A DNA stretch of 63,551 nt, filler included, from Stramenopiles sp. TOSAG23-6 (Eukaryota), in assembly GCA_900128565.1 (NCBI GenBank). It is 12 parts of 12 records of this genome, joined end to end, with 100 filler letters (N's around TTAATTAATTAA, not from the genome) between each part and the next. Parts side by side here need not be neighbours in the genome. Positions count along the whole stretch, not along the records: positions 41,287 to 49,390 come from LT636472.1; positions 49,491 to 57,591 come from LT636473.1; 10 more parts are not named here. One strand, written 5' to 3'. The translations under genes were made by a program, and so were the position numbers. The notes below the pieces were generated by a model. That model worked only from the letters and a program-made list of their open reading frames with translations. It was not told the origin of the DNA and did no database searches. This document shows, piece by piece, positions 43,052 through 54,084 of the stretch. Numbering within the stretch: position 1 is the first letter of the stretch; every line of letters begins with the position of its first letter.

Positions 43052-46000
43052 ATGCGCTACTCAATATTACAAATCATTATGCTTCTTCTATTGTTGTTTC
43101 CATCGATGTGCATTGCTGCAGATGCTGTAGATAAAGCCGATGATGCAAAAGAAACAACCTCGACCGAAAGAAAAACAAAAGTTCCCCCGACACCAGAAGG
43201 GAAAGCGGGTAAACCAGTACCAGAAGGGGAAACGGGCGAACCAGCACCAGAAGAGAAAGCACCAGAAGGGAAAGCGGGTGAAACAGCACCAGAAGGGAAA
43301 GCGGGTGAAACAGCACCAGAAGAGAAAGCACCAGAAGGGAAAGCGGGCGAACCAGCACCAGAAGGGAAAGCGGGTGAACCACCAGAAGGGAAAGCGGGTG
43401 AAACAGCACCAGAAGAGAAAGCGGGTGAAACAGCAGAAGGGAAAGCGGGCGAACCAGCACCAGAAGAGAAAGCACCAGAAGAGAAAGCACTAGAAGGGAA
43501 AGCGGGCGAACCAGCGCCAGAAGAGAAAGCAGGTGAACCAGCACCCACAGAGAAAGCAAGCAAAACATCACTAAAAGAATTAGTAATCGAAGGCAAACTA
43601 AAAGAAGAAGTTGCAAAAGCAGCTTTTGAGTTTTCGGAATCACCAATTTATGGAGCCAAAATCGTTGGCTCTGGATATAATGTACATTTTCAAAATTGAA
43701 GTTTTTTTTTCGTACCAAATTTTGTACCTAACAAAGAAATTGAATTTAAAATATTTTTTGATTATACATGCTGTGACTGGAATAATTCAGGGTCAAATTC
43801 TTTTGCATCCACTTCACGATGATGATTTGTACGTTTTGATTATGAATTTCAAATTTATGTTTTTTTTTCGTACGAAATTTTGTACCTAACAAATTTCGAA
43901 TTTAATTTGTTTTTACAATACATGTATGAACGTCTGAAAGAAGTAAACGGATATGAAGTACCACCTGGGGTGGTTTATTCTGACCAAAATAAAGGTGAAT
44001 TTGCGGAAGTGCCACATACATTTTCAAGTATTATAGAGTTTGCAGATGAAATTGCACGTGTATGTTTTCAAAATATTTCAAAAAAAACTTTTTTTGGTAG
44101 AAAATTTTGTACCTAACGATTTTTTTACTAAAAAAATATTTTTCACAATACGTTCAAATGGATTCAGTGCTACGGAAGGAATGTATATGTTAGACCGAAA
44201 GGTTATGGAAGTTCGAAAAATGATGCTTTATTCTGACATTACTTTGAAAAAAACAAATTATAATTTGTATACTTTGAAATTGGATAGTACGTTTTCAAAA
44301 TTAAATTTCGATTTTTTTTAGTACCAAATTTTGTACCTAACGAACTTTAAATTTGATATATTTTTTCACAATACTTCCAACGTCAACCCAATGTCGCAAC
44401 CTAGAAATATACTGAAGAGCACATTTGTAGAGGATGTTTTTCATTTACCTGATTGCTATTTTGCAGATTGCAATATAAAAGACGATGCAACAATACAACA
44501 AAAAGGTTGCAGAAACACTTTAGGTAGGAAAACATTTATCGAGTTTGGATTGAGTGAACTTGGTTCTGAAGATAAACCTACTCCAACATGCCTCGATTGG
44601 CTTACGAGTAAAACTAAAGATAAAGATCAGAAGAGAAAAGCTTTATTGGAGGCTGAAAAGAAATCCAAAAGTGTGAATAAAAGAAGAGGAAAATATTCGA
44701 AAAAAGTTGTCCCTATAGATTATGAAAATTGCGAATCAGTTTTCTTTGAAGATATTGAGGTAAGTGAAGAAGATGAGAAATTAATAACTAGCAAATATCC
44801 ATGTGATCCTAAAAAACCAAAAGAGAAGTGTGTAAAATTTGGGCAAGATACAGGTACAATTTGTAATATGCATGATTTTCATAAAATAGCCAAGTTTATT
44901 AACAGGTGGGGAACACATGTAATAAAACAAGCTTCATTTGGTGGTTCTATAGAAACAGTTGTACGTACGCGTAAAAACAGCCAATGGCCATATATTATTC
45001 AAGGTCAAGAAGTAATGTTTAACAGAGCCCCTGAAAATTTCATACCGGGTTTGGTAGCACGACATGCAGTATTCGATGGAAAATTTGCTCCACCTGGTTT
45101 TCCGCTTTCATTTCCATACAACACAACAAATAGTCATATTTCAATGGCTACTACAGATTTGGCTCGGCCTGAATCAGAGCGTGATGAAGCCAGTGAAATG
45201 GGAGTTCAATCAATTGAATACAATTTTAGAGGTGGCGTAAGGCCCCCGGTTCTAACAGAAAAATTGAGAAATACCGATGTAGCAGATTGGATTACAACTC
45301 TACCAGAAAATCCTGGCATTCTTGATGAATTTACAACTATGATTCCGATTGAAAACACTTTTTTACATCCAACAATGATGACCCAGATGATGACACTTTT
45401 AGAGAAAGAAAAAATGAAGAAAGAAGACAAATTAAAGTTCGAACAAAATGAAGCATTAAAAATGGCTCCAGATCTCCGTCCTGGTACGAGAATACTTAAA
45501 CCCGGCACGGGGCCATTTGGAGAGAATCAGGTAGAAGGTATTGAAGTGGCATATATACCAACTTATGACGAAGTAAGAGGAATTACTCCACCAGCTTTAC
45601 CAGTTGACGAAAACAAACAAGTTCCACCAGAAGAAAAAACACCAGAAGAAAACAAACAAGTTCCACCAGAAGAAAAAAAACAAGTTCCACCAGAAGAAAA
45701 AACACCAGAAGAAAAAAAACAAGTTCCACCAGGGAAGCAATTTCGATTTCGGGCTCCTCCCAAGGAAGAAAAGGAAACAAAAGGTGGAAAAGGGGCAGAT
45801 GATGAAAATAAGAAATCAAAAGGAGCAGATGAAGAAAAAAAACAAGAGGAGGAAAAAATTAAACGGAAAATGGTTATGATGAAAAATTTCCGATCTCTTC
45901 TGCTTACTAAGAGTGCTGTATTAGGTAATATGCTTGATTCAGTAGTAAGAATGAAAAGACAGATGGATTTTCAGGAGCAGCGGATGCATGGAACAATAAA

Positions 46001-47414
46001 TCAGTATTTGAAGAGAATGAACGATTCAGGCAACGAACATTTTACTCATATTGATGAAGAAGATACTCTGTATCTTAGTGTCAAGAATTGGCAGCTGGCT
46101 TCATCTCGATACCACCGTGAATGTATTTCTCGATGTGAATTGTATAACGATATTGGTATTCTCAGAGATACAATATTTGGAAAATTTCAGGTACCAAAGG
46201 TTTGGAAACATTTTCCTCCGCCAAATAATTTCTTTGACAATGGTGCTCTTGAAAATTTATTCTCAGAACATCTATCATCAGCAGAAACGTGTAAAACACA
46301 ATGTAAACAAAATATTAATGTGCTGAGAATGTTTTATGAACCACTGGCGTATGCTGGCGACAGAAAGCGAAGAGATGAAATTCATACATTTTTCGCAACT
46401 ACAAGAGTTCATTGTGATATATGCCGTGGTAGCGTTAAATTTCTGGGAGAAAGTGCAATCATAAAGAATGGCCGTGGGGTCACTGATCCAGAAGATTGGT
46501 GTAGCAATTTAAATTGGGCATCTTTTTCCACAGATTATCTTGATCAGATGTCATTTGAGATTGCTCGTCCCAGATCCTTTGGATCGAGTAATCCGTTGTA
46601 CGAGTCGCCAGATGCATTTAATTATCCTCCTAAATATTGCCATGGATTGATCAGGGAATTAACACGGAAGCTAAAAATGGATTTGTCTGGCGATGGGCAA
46701 TTGTGGCAACAATTTTCAGAACCTTCTTTATATCATACGCTACAAATGAGAATGGCACTAGATAATACAACACCGAAAGAATTAAGCGAATTTATATGTA
46801 CAAAATATATTGGGTGCGACGATCACCCTCTCACTTATGAAGAAAAGGAGGAAGTTCTTCTGAAAAGAGACATTAAGAATAGGGAAAAACAATATGATAG
46901 ATTAATTGAGCGCAAGACAAAGTTTAAGAAAATCCAAAAATCAGGAAAACTGACAAAAAATGAGAAGACACAAATCAAAGAGGTTTTGAAAAATATTAAA
47001 AAGGAAACAAAAAAGCTTAAGGGTAAAATCAAAGACGAGACAGAACAAATGGATGATATCTTGAAAAATAAATTAACGCGCGATAAGGTCGAAGCAAAAG
47101 AAGAGAAAGAATGTTTGTTTGAGTGTTACAAGGATACTGAATGGGGGAAAACATTTCGAAAAAAAAATGGAGTTCGTGGCTTTCAAGATCCTCGTCCTGT
47201 GACTCAATTAGTAGCAATGAAATCTACGGAAGTTTGTGGCTATCCCGTAACTTTGAAGAAGAAACAGTGCGGTGAATGTAGTAAATTGAAATGTCTCACA
47301 GATGCCCGAATGAAATGCTTTGCCTGGCAGTGTTCTAGTCCATATGTATCAACTGGGGGTATAGCCTATTTCATACCAAAAACAGTTATTATCGGAGAAT
47401 CACCAAAAAAATAG
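43052..47414 (+). CDS. Secreted MACPF/perforin-like protein with repetitive N-terminus and a saposin-like Cys domain; 5 exons, about 1331 aa
   Basis: Signal peptide; exons 43052-43681, 43770-43828, 43924-44059, 44154-44286, 44377-47414 in frame; VGSGYN|AVTG; signature WGTHVIKQASFGG; FRGG...WITTL..NP. Confidence 0.85.
43190..43560 (+). repeat. Coding tandem repeats (PEGKAGETA / PEEKA)
   Basis: 27-nt and 15-nt units based on CACCAGAAGGGAAAGCGGG. Confidence 0.9.
43682..43769 (+). mobile_element. Introner-like intron, GT...ATAC-AT
   Basis: TAT AAT|GTACATTTTC...ATTATACAT|GCT GTG ACT GGA. Confidence 0.88.
43829..43923 (+). mobile_element. Introner-like intron, GT...ATAC-AT
   Basis: GAT TT|GTACGTTTTG...ACAATACAT|G TAT GAA. 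Confidence 0.88.
44060..44153 (+). mobile_element. Introner-like intron, GT...ATAC-GT
   Basis: GCA CGT|GTATGTTTTC...CACAATACGT|TCA AAT. Confidence 0.85.
44287..44376 (+). mobile_element. Introner-like intron, GT...ATAC-TT
   Basis: GAT A|GTACGTTTTC...CACAATACTT|CC AAC GTC. Confidence 0.85.
45610..45732 (+). repeat. Coding tandem repeats (KQVPPEEK / TPEE)
   Basis: AAACAAGTTCCACCAG four times. Confidence 0.9.
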
Positions 47415-47499
47415 TGTACAAAGTTACATGCGAATTTACTTTACGAGAATATATTTATTGTTGTAATATTATAAAAGAATCAACAATACTATAGTTTAT

Positions 47500-48368
47500 T
47501 TAAAAAATAATTCCAAGGCCTCCTTCTTGACATGATGATCGTATAGGTATTGTAAAAACAATTTTGTCAGATTGATCATCTGATTCATGTATTTTGGAAA
47601 AATATTTTAGAAAAAAATCGTTAGGTACAAAATTTCGTACGAAACAAAAATAGAATTTGAAAAAAAAATAAAACCTCCATAGTACTTATTTCTGAACAAA
47701 GGAACTCCAGACTCTGTCCAGGATTCTGACAAGTCGCTAAAAGAAAGTTCTATTTCTTCATTGTCATTTATTTCTCGCCAAAAACCATGCATGTGTAATC
47801 TAACTGTTTGCATTCGTTTGCTGGACCATACATCAGTGTATATTTTCTTTCCCCTCCATTTCGCGACGCATATATTACAATCAGAAACACTTAGAATGAG
47901 TATACCCTCACGATAATCTATCGATTTAGTAATATTTCTTGGAGGATTCCAATGAAATCGACCCTCAGATATCTCAGTGATTAGAGTTTTTAATTTCTTT
48001 TTCTTATGTACTTTTTCTGATATTTTCATTGTACCATTAGGGTTAGGGTTTACACATTTCGACGTTTTCCCACTAAATGTTTTTCCTCGAATTCTGCTTA
48101 ACCATTCAGTGGAAGAAATAGAATGTTTATTCGTAGCATTTAAATAACTCTTAGACAAACCTGATTTTAACGTCGGTTTATACATGTTTTTCTTTTTTTG
48201 TTTTCGACAACAAGATTTTCCAGCACAATACTTCTTACTCCTAACATTTGTGTTACTTGTATCATAAATACTTTGAGAAGTAGTTGAAGATGCCGTGACA
48301 TCAGATGTTTCTTCACTACTACTCTCATCTTGGGATTCAATGTCTTGACTAGAAATAGTATTTCCCAT
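47500..48368 (-). CDS. Hypothetical protein, possible N-myristoylation (MGNTIS); exons about 48368-47679 and 47586-47500
   Basis: ATG ORF, then a family intron, then a 29-codon terminal exon. Confidence 0.6.
47587..47678 (-). mobile_element. Introner-like element with altered donor (GGAGGTTTT...ATAC-AT)
   Basis: Family core intact; GTAC replaced by GGAG. Confidence 0.75.
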
Positions 48369-48807
48369 GCTTTAGCAATAAAGTATATTATTTTTTTGAA
48401 TACATAGTAGTGGTACGTATACAATTAATTTTTTTTTCAGTTGGAGTACTCAGAAGATCAATGAAAACAACACAATGTATCCTTTCTATTTACTTTATCA
48501 AAATCTGTGCATTTATCAGGAACTGTAATGCTTGGAATATTAATAAGTTTAGCAGTAATCTACTATTTTAATACAGCTAGCCCGTGTGTGCAAGGTCTCT
48601 GGGGGCGTAGAAAAAAAAACCTCCAAAACGTCCTATTTCAAAAGCAGGTTTGTCACAAACTAGTCGGCATGCAAATTTGCATTACGATGCGCGGCCTTTT
48701 TGCCATCATATTTGCTATTACAGTGCTAGTATTACATTATAATTTACAAGCGCAAAAAAAAAAACAGTAAATAAGAGTACGACCGAAAAGTGTCATTGTT
48801 GTGTATT

Positions 48808-49302
48808 ATGCGAAAGATTGCTTTTATGATCACATTCTTACTATTATGCATAACGTACAAAATAAGTTCGGCAACTTTTCGTGCAAACGCCAAAGCCTGG
48901 CACCCACGTACTTCATACTTACGTCTACCTCCTCTATCGCAAAGAGAGATATTGCAAACAATATGGGGAGTCCCCGAGAACAAAAGGGATACTGCAGTAG
49001 TTGTAAATCCCAAGTATATCTGGCATGACAGTGGAGTAAATGATCATGATATGATCTCTAAGGAAAGAGATCTCGTTGAAGAATTCTCACAAGAAAACAA
49101 AAAACAAATTATTGCTTTATATCTACAGTGTATACGTCATACATATGATATTTTTCTTTTAAAACAGTCTTTTGTATACAATGATATTATTCAAACGTAT
49201 AAAAATATTTTTGAATGGCAATTGAAAATACAAGAAAATAAATGGACGATTCTTTATCCTGCTATTATCGAAGAGTATCACAAAACTGTATGGAGTAATT
49301 AT
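48808..49302 (+). CDS. Hypothetical protein with signal/TM N-terminus; 3' truncated
   Basis: ORF ends at a family donor TAT|GTACG. Confidence 0.55.
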
Positions 49303-49390
49303 GTACGTTTTATTTTTGTCAATTTCGAATTTATTTTTCGTACGAAATTTTGTACCTAACGATTTTTTTTTGAAATATTTTTCCAAAATA
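49303..49390 (+). mobile_element. Introner-like intron cut at a contig end
   Basis: GTACGTTTT...TTCGTACGAAATTTTGTACCTAAC...TTCCAAAATA. Confidence 0.85.
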
Positions 49391-49517
49391 NNNNNNNNNN
49401 NNNNNNNNNNNNNNNNNNNNNNNNNNNNNNNNNNTTAATTAATTAANNNNNNNNNNNNNNNNNNNNNNNNNNNNNNNNNNNNNNNNNNNNGCACTGTGGG
49501 CTATAAAAACCTTAACT

Positions 49518-52500
49518 CTAATCTATGCTACTAGAACTTTCATCAAAATCATCATCATAAATTAAGCCAGGTAAAAAAAGTTTAACTTTTGATATTTCAT
49601 CAATGGTCAAATGAATCTTTTGTATAGTGGCAACCTGAAGTTCTTTAATCGCATTCATTGTATTATGCATTTCAACCATTGCCGTATTCGTTTGTGTTTC
49701 TATTTGTTTCATAGTTTTACTTACTAAACGTATTTGTGTAATATCTACACCACTACCTATTATAATTTTATGCTTTTCAGGAATAATACTACATTTCATG
49801 TCAAATTCCCATTTCTTTAACAAAAAATCAGATGGAAAAGTTATTTCTTGTAATTCTCTAAATATACGTTCTGCTTCTGAAAATGCAGTTCCATCAATCA
49901 TCGCTAATAATTCTGGATCTGCATTTATATATTCAGCTAATTGTCTTTCATATATGTATGGAAAATGTATTAGAACTTCATAAGACTGCCTCCATTTTTT
50001 TAATTTACTTTTTAATTTACTTAATGAAATACGACGCGTATTTCTGTTAAGTAATAAATTTCGAATAAAAATAGCTTTACTTTTCACAAAATTGATAATT
50101 GTATGAAGAATCGTGGCTATTAGATTTCCATTCCTTATTTGTTTCATTAAGCTTTTAAGAAGCCGTTTAGAAGTTGACGATCGTATCAACGTACCAATCT
50201 TTCCTTCATTGTAAATAAATCGGTATTTTTTCCAATTTGCAATCATATAACAAGAAATAATACAAACCAAAAAATATCTAAATACAATGATATACGAAAT
50301 GAAATAAAGAAATAATACTGAAACTGTATTATCATTCATATTTTTTTCATCTTTCAAATGTAGAAAAATATTATTATTTAAGATGCCTAAGCTAAGATTA
50401 GAAATTGTTGCAGAAAGAGTTGAAAATCTATGCGAATTAAAAACAAAGCAAAAGTATCCAAATACAGTAAATGCTGCAAAAATTGATCCTATAGTAAACA
50501 TAATTGTTATAATTTCTTTCCATGATTTGACTAAAATATGCACAAATGTCCTAAGAAAATCAGAATAGGGTGTATATTTCAATACACGGAATGTCAAAAG
50601 TAGAATAACAAATGATAATCGTAAATGTTGACGTTCAATAGCATCAAAAGCAGTTTCCATATCTTGATAATTGTTCATTGTGAAGGCTTGTCTTAGTTTT
50701 TCATCCATATTTAATGTGTGAAGATCCCAATGAAAGGCTAATTCTTGAACTACATACACGGTAATAAATACAGCTATATCATAAAAGGCAAATATAATTT
50801 CATAATAGAATTCTGTAGTTTGTTTTCGCCAATCGAGTATTTCTCTCCTTGACTGATATACTGTAAGTATCGACAATGTGATTAAAGGGAGCACCAGAAA
50901 AAAACGTACAATAATATTTGAAGTATTTAAATGAAGCAATGAATCATTTGTTGGTGTCAGCCAAGCAATGTTTGCATTCCAATGAGGAACAACTAAACCT
51001 TCAGGTCCAATTTCAAACCAAACTTTAACAAGACATAAAGCATGAGCATCATGAATGTAATAAGTGATTTTGAAAAATATTGCTCGTGTTGCTAGTCCTA
51101 AGAAGTGTTTCAAATCTCCAATTTCAGCTTTGATTTGTTCAGCGGATTTATCATACCGTAAAGTATGTAAAAATCCTGAACCATCATATGTAGCATAGAG
51201 TCCATCTGATGACATTGCATCTGTTTCTGTAGACCGGAACCAATTGTATTCACATCTATAATCTCGTGCATTACTACTTTTGTAAGTTTCATGCACAGTA
51301 TGAATAAGTTTATAACATTCCAGCTGACGATGTTCCTCCTTTAAATCCTTCGATGCAATGTATCCACATGTTTCTGTGTTTTTAATATTTTTATTATGCA
51401 AATCACAATGATTAATATCAACATAACACCACACTTGATCACAAGTTTGATCTCTAGCAGCATTTAATTCACCAGTCGTTTGGTTCAAACAATTTGTTGA
51501 GTCTAATATATTGTAATTAAAGCACCCTTGATAACCCAATTCGTCTGACTCTTTGATAATACATTTACAAGATGGATTTTCAACATACCGACAAACACCG
51601 AAAACTTCATTTATTTTTTCACTTGCACCATTACAAACCCCACCATTTGGTGCACAATCATTTGTTGTGACACAATTTAAATCCACTGAAATACTACACT
51701 TTCCAATGACAGGGTCTACAGCAGGTTTATATCCAATACATTGTTTTTCACTTGGTGTTAGTATATAGTGAGATCTTTTAATACAATCATTTGTAGTTCT
51801 ACATCCTACAACACAAATTCCATACGTTGCACCTGTTTTTTTTATACAATTTGATAATTTATTTCTCAGTAGTCCCTGTTCTGATGTACAATCTGAATCT
51901 TTCGTACAAGAAATTTTACATACTTTATTTGTAGTTGTTGTTGCTGGATTTTCTGATACACAACTTCCGATACCACACTCGGCTGGACTAACACACTGTG
52001 TTTTGTTAGCATTATCTGCAATTATGTCTGAATTAGTTCCTATAATATTAGTTTTCACTCGACTAATTCCTCCAAATTCTTCAAGATTGGCAACATTATA
52101 ACTATACCTAGGAAAGTTCTGATTACTTAGTCGTACTGGGCGTTTGATTGGTTTATTTCTATCATTTATTACAGTTCCAAAATAATTTTGGGTTGTTTCA
52201 TCCTGAGGCATTTTTTGCACACGTACTTGACGAACTCGAACTCCCCACATTCCAATCATTCCATTTTTATTTTCTTTGTCTTCCTGCTTTTCATTTTGGG
52301 TATGAAATAATTCTGGGACAATGATTTCTTCTACATATGCCCAAATATTAGGGATTATATCAACTTTTTCCAAGGTCAAATTTTCACTACCTTGGTGTTC
52401 CGTGGTAAAGGGAGCATATCTCAACATCTTTTCTACACGATCAATTATAAGAAATTTTTCGGCAGGACGTACAGTATCAACGATTGCAATAATACTAGAA

Positions 52501-52649
52501 ACCAAAGCAATTACATAGAAAAGTATATCAAGTCGTCTCAAACGTAACTTTTGTGTTTTATCAAACCACTTGTCAAAGTCGTCGAGACCAATCATTCCAA
52601 CGTCTTCAAGAGAATCAACAGACTCTAACACGGAACTTTGGGTACTCAT
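49518..52649 (-). CDS. Polycystin-2 (PKD2/TRPP)-like channel with a Cys-rich extracellular insertion
   Basis: GVRVRQVRV, YDGSGF, TRAIFF..TYY, FE..P.G TOP-domain motifs; 6TM region with FRVLKY and FSTL. Confidence 0.85.
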   Translation of the reverse strand: MSTQSSVLESVDSLEDVGMIGLDDFDKWFDKTQKLRLRRLDILFYVIALVSSIIAIVDTVRPAEKFLIIDRVEKMLRYAPFTTEHQGSENLTLEKVDIIPNIWAYVEEIIVPELFHTQNEKQEDKENKNGMIGMWGVRVRQVRVQKMPQDETTQNYFGTVINDRNKPIKRPVRLSNQNFPRYSYNVANLEEFGGISRVKTNIIGTNSDIIADNANKTQCVSPAECGIGSCVSENPATTTTNKVCKISCTKDSDCTSEQGLLRNKLSNCIKKTGATYGICVVGCRTTNDCIKRSHYILTPSEKQCIGYKPAVDPVIGKCSISVDLNCVTTNDCAPNGGVCNGASEKINEVFGVCRYVENPSCKCIIKESDELGYQGCFNYNILDSTNCLNQTTGELNAARDQTCDQVWCYVDINHCDLHNKNIKNTETCGYIASKDLKEEHRQLECYKLIHTVHETYKSSNARDYRCEYNWFRSTETDAMSSDGLYATYDGSGFLHTLRYDKSAEQIKAEIGDLKHFLGLATRAIFFKITYYIHDAHALCLVKVWFEIGPEGLVVPHWNANIAWLTPTNDSLLHLNTSNIIVRFFLVLPLITLSILTVYQSRREILDWRKQTTEFYYEIIFAFYDIAVFITVYVVQELAFHWDLHTLNMDEKLRQAFTMNNYQDMETAFDAIERQHLRLSFVILLLTFRVLKYTPYSDFLRTFVHILVKSWKEIITIMFTIGSIFAAFTVFGYFCFVFNSHRFSTLSATISNLSLGILNNNIFLHLKDEKNMNDNTVSVLFLYFISYIIVFRYFLVCIISCYMIANWKKYRFIYNEGKIGTLIRSSTSKRLLKSLMKQIRNGNLIATILHTIINFVKSKAIFIRNLLLNRNTRRISLSKLKSKLKKWRQSYEVLIHFPYIYERQLAEYINADPELLAMIDGTAFSEAERIFRELQEITFPSDFLLKKWEFDMKCSIIPEKHKIIIGSGVDITQIRLVSKTMKQIETQTNTAMVEMHNTMNAIKELQVATIQKIHLTIDEISKVKLFLPGLIYDDDFDESSSSID

Positions 52650-53208
52650 TTCAAATATAAAGCGTTTAAGATTTTTTCATACTTCAAGTGTAAGAGGAAA
52701 GTCAAATGTCAATCAATTGCAAAGTTTTAGGCTTTGAAGAAAGAAGATGAGAGAGGAGGAGGAGGAGAGGAGGAGGAGGAGAGAGTGTTGTTGTTTCAAA
52801 ATTTCAAATTGAAATAATAATCTCCGCCCGGAGCGGGAAAAAAAAGATAAATTGCAAATTGGAATTATTTTGCGATTTTGTAATTTGAAATTTGAAATTT
52901 TGAATTTATTTTCTGTTTTTGACGACTAATGTCTCATTCATCAATTGGCCATACTATAATATGCTTTGAATATAACTACCTAATTGACGAATCGTGTACT
53001 ATATGGAAATACTGCACACACAATGAAAAATTGAATATTAATAGAAAGAAAAAAGTTTCAATTTTATTTCTCTTTTTTCCAGTTCTATTTGAATATCATA
53101 ATATATCAACCCACTGAACATCTTTCATAAATTTTTATCGCCTTTACGAAGACAAATTGAAACGATATTGATGGATTTGTGAGTGTTTATTCCACACACG
53201 TAACTTAT

Positions 53209-53785
53209 TCATTTCAATTTGTGTCTCACACGTAATTTATTCACTCCAATTTGTAATCCATTTGCAAGTTTTGTAAGTTCTTCGAGTTCTGGTTCAATAA
53301 TTTGTAATTGACCTTTACCAACCCTTCTAAAAACGACGTTCATTGTCGAATTAGGTCGCCTTTCTCTTTTNGAGATTTTTTTTTNGNCTTNCANGTAAGC
53401 ATGTGGGACGATGTCGTCTCCGTATTCTTCGTGGTTGACTGACATCAGCCACTGGTTGACAAGGGATACAACAAGGGATACAATGACAATTTCGCCCGAA
53501 AAAAGATGTAATACGCATCTGTTTTATGTCGCCTCTTTTATCTTGAGGNAGTNAATNTTGTGGTAGTGCAGTCCACTCGTTTGTANTATCTGGATTTNTA
53601 TCGTCAGCACCAGAGATTTCCATATCCCTTCCCTTTATTAAAGTCTCTGAAGGGGTTTCTGTTTCCATGGTCATTTGCTTGANTGAAGTATCTGCAGCAT
53701 GAACAACACTAAGCGCATAACAGAATATNCAAAGCATGTACGTGAATCTATTATAAAATGTTGACATAATTGGTTTAATATTCAA
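53209..53785 (-). CDS. Hypothetical secreted protein (ambiguous bases, apparent frameshift)
   Basis: Signal-like N-terminus; two overlapping ORFs across n-containing sequence. Confidence 0.4.
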
Positions 53786-53891
53786 TGGTATAGCAGTNCT
53801 CTTGGTGTAGTTGTCGAAGTTGTCTTGTCTTGCTTTTTTTAGAGTGGTACTTTGCTGACTCTGACTAATGATAATATCAGATTCGAACCCG

Positions 53892-53958
53892 AACCCTAAC
53901 CCTAGTAATAATTATACGCAATCGCAATCGAGATACAAAAATAACTAGGGTTAGGGTT
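53892..53958. promoter_or_regulatory. Inverted pair of telomere-like (telo-box-like) motifs between divergent genes
   Basis: AACCCTAACCCTAGT (53892-53906) and ACTAGGGTTAGGGTT (53944-53958) are exact reverse complements. Confidence 0.45.
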
Positions 53959-54084
53959 ACTCCCGGAGATTTTCAATTTCCGTTTCGTCTTTTTATCAAT
54001 TATTTACATAATACATNCCAATCTTTTTCTCATCTACATAAAAAAGCAAGTTCTTTTATTGTTTGAACATTCAACGNCATTCAA

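Noticed and set aside
43057-43718. Long antisense and alternate-frame ORFs over the MACPF repeats (also 24326-24580 and 33455-33646)
   Set aside because: By-products of stop-free tandem repeats.
43680-43769. Reading the introns as U12-type AT-AC by shifting the register 2 nt
   Set aside because: There is no RTATCCTT donor. Where the flanks differ, the shifted register gives worse proteins (GPQGTGKT, SKWNG) and non-AT starts, so the GT register is preferred. The spliced product is identical where the flanks match.
33162-47414. Functional clustering of peroxidase, dioxygenase, AAA ATPase and MACPF genes
   Set aside because: The region spans a contig spacer and shows no shared pathway; adjacency is uninformative.
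269-49563. Recurrent peptides MYLT, FFRTKFCT, YEILYLT and RNFVPN in the ORF track
   Set aside because: Translations of the intron core in three frames, not a protein domain.
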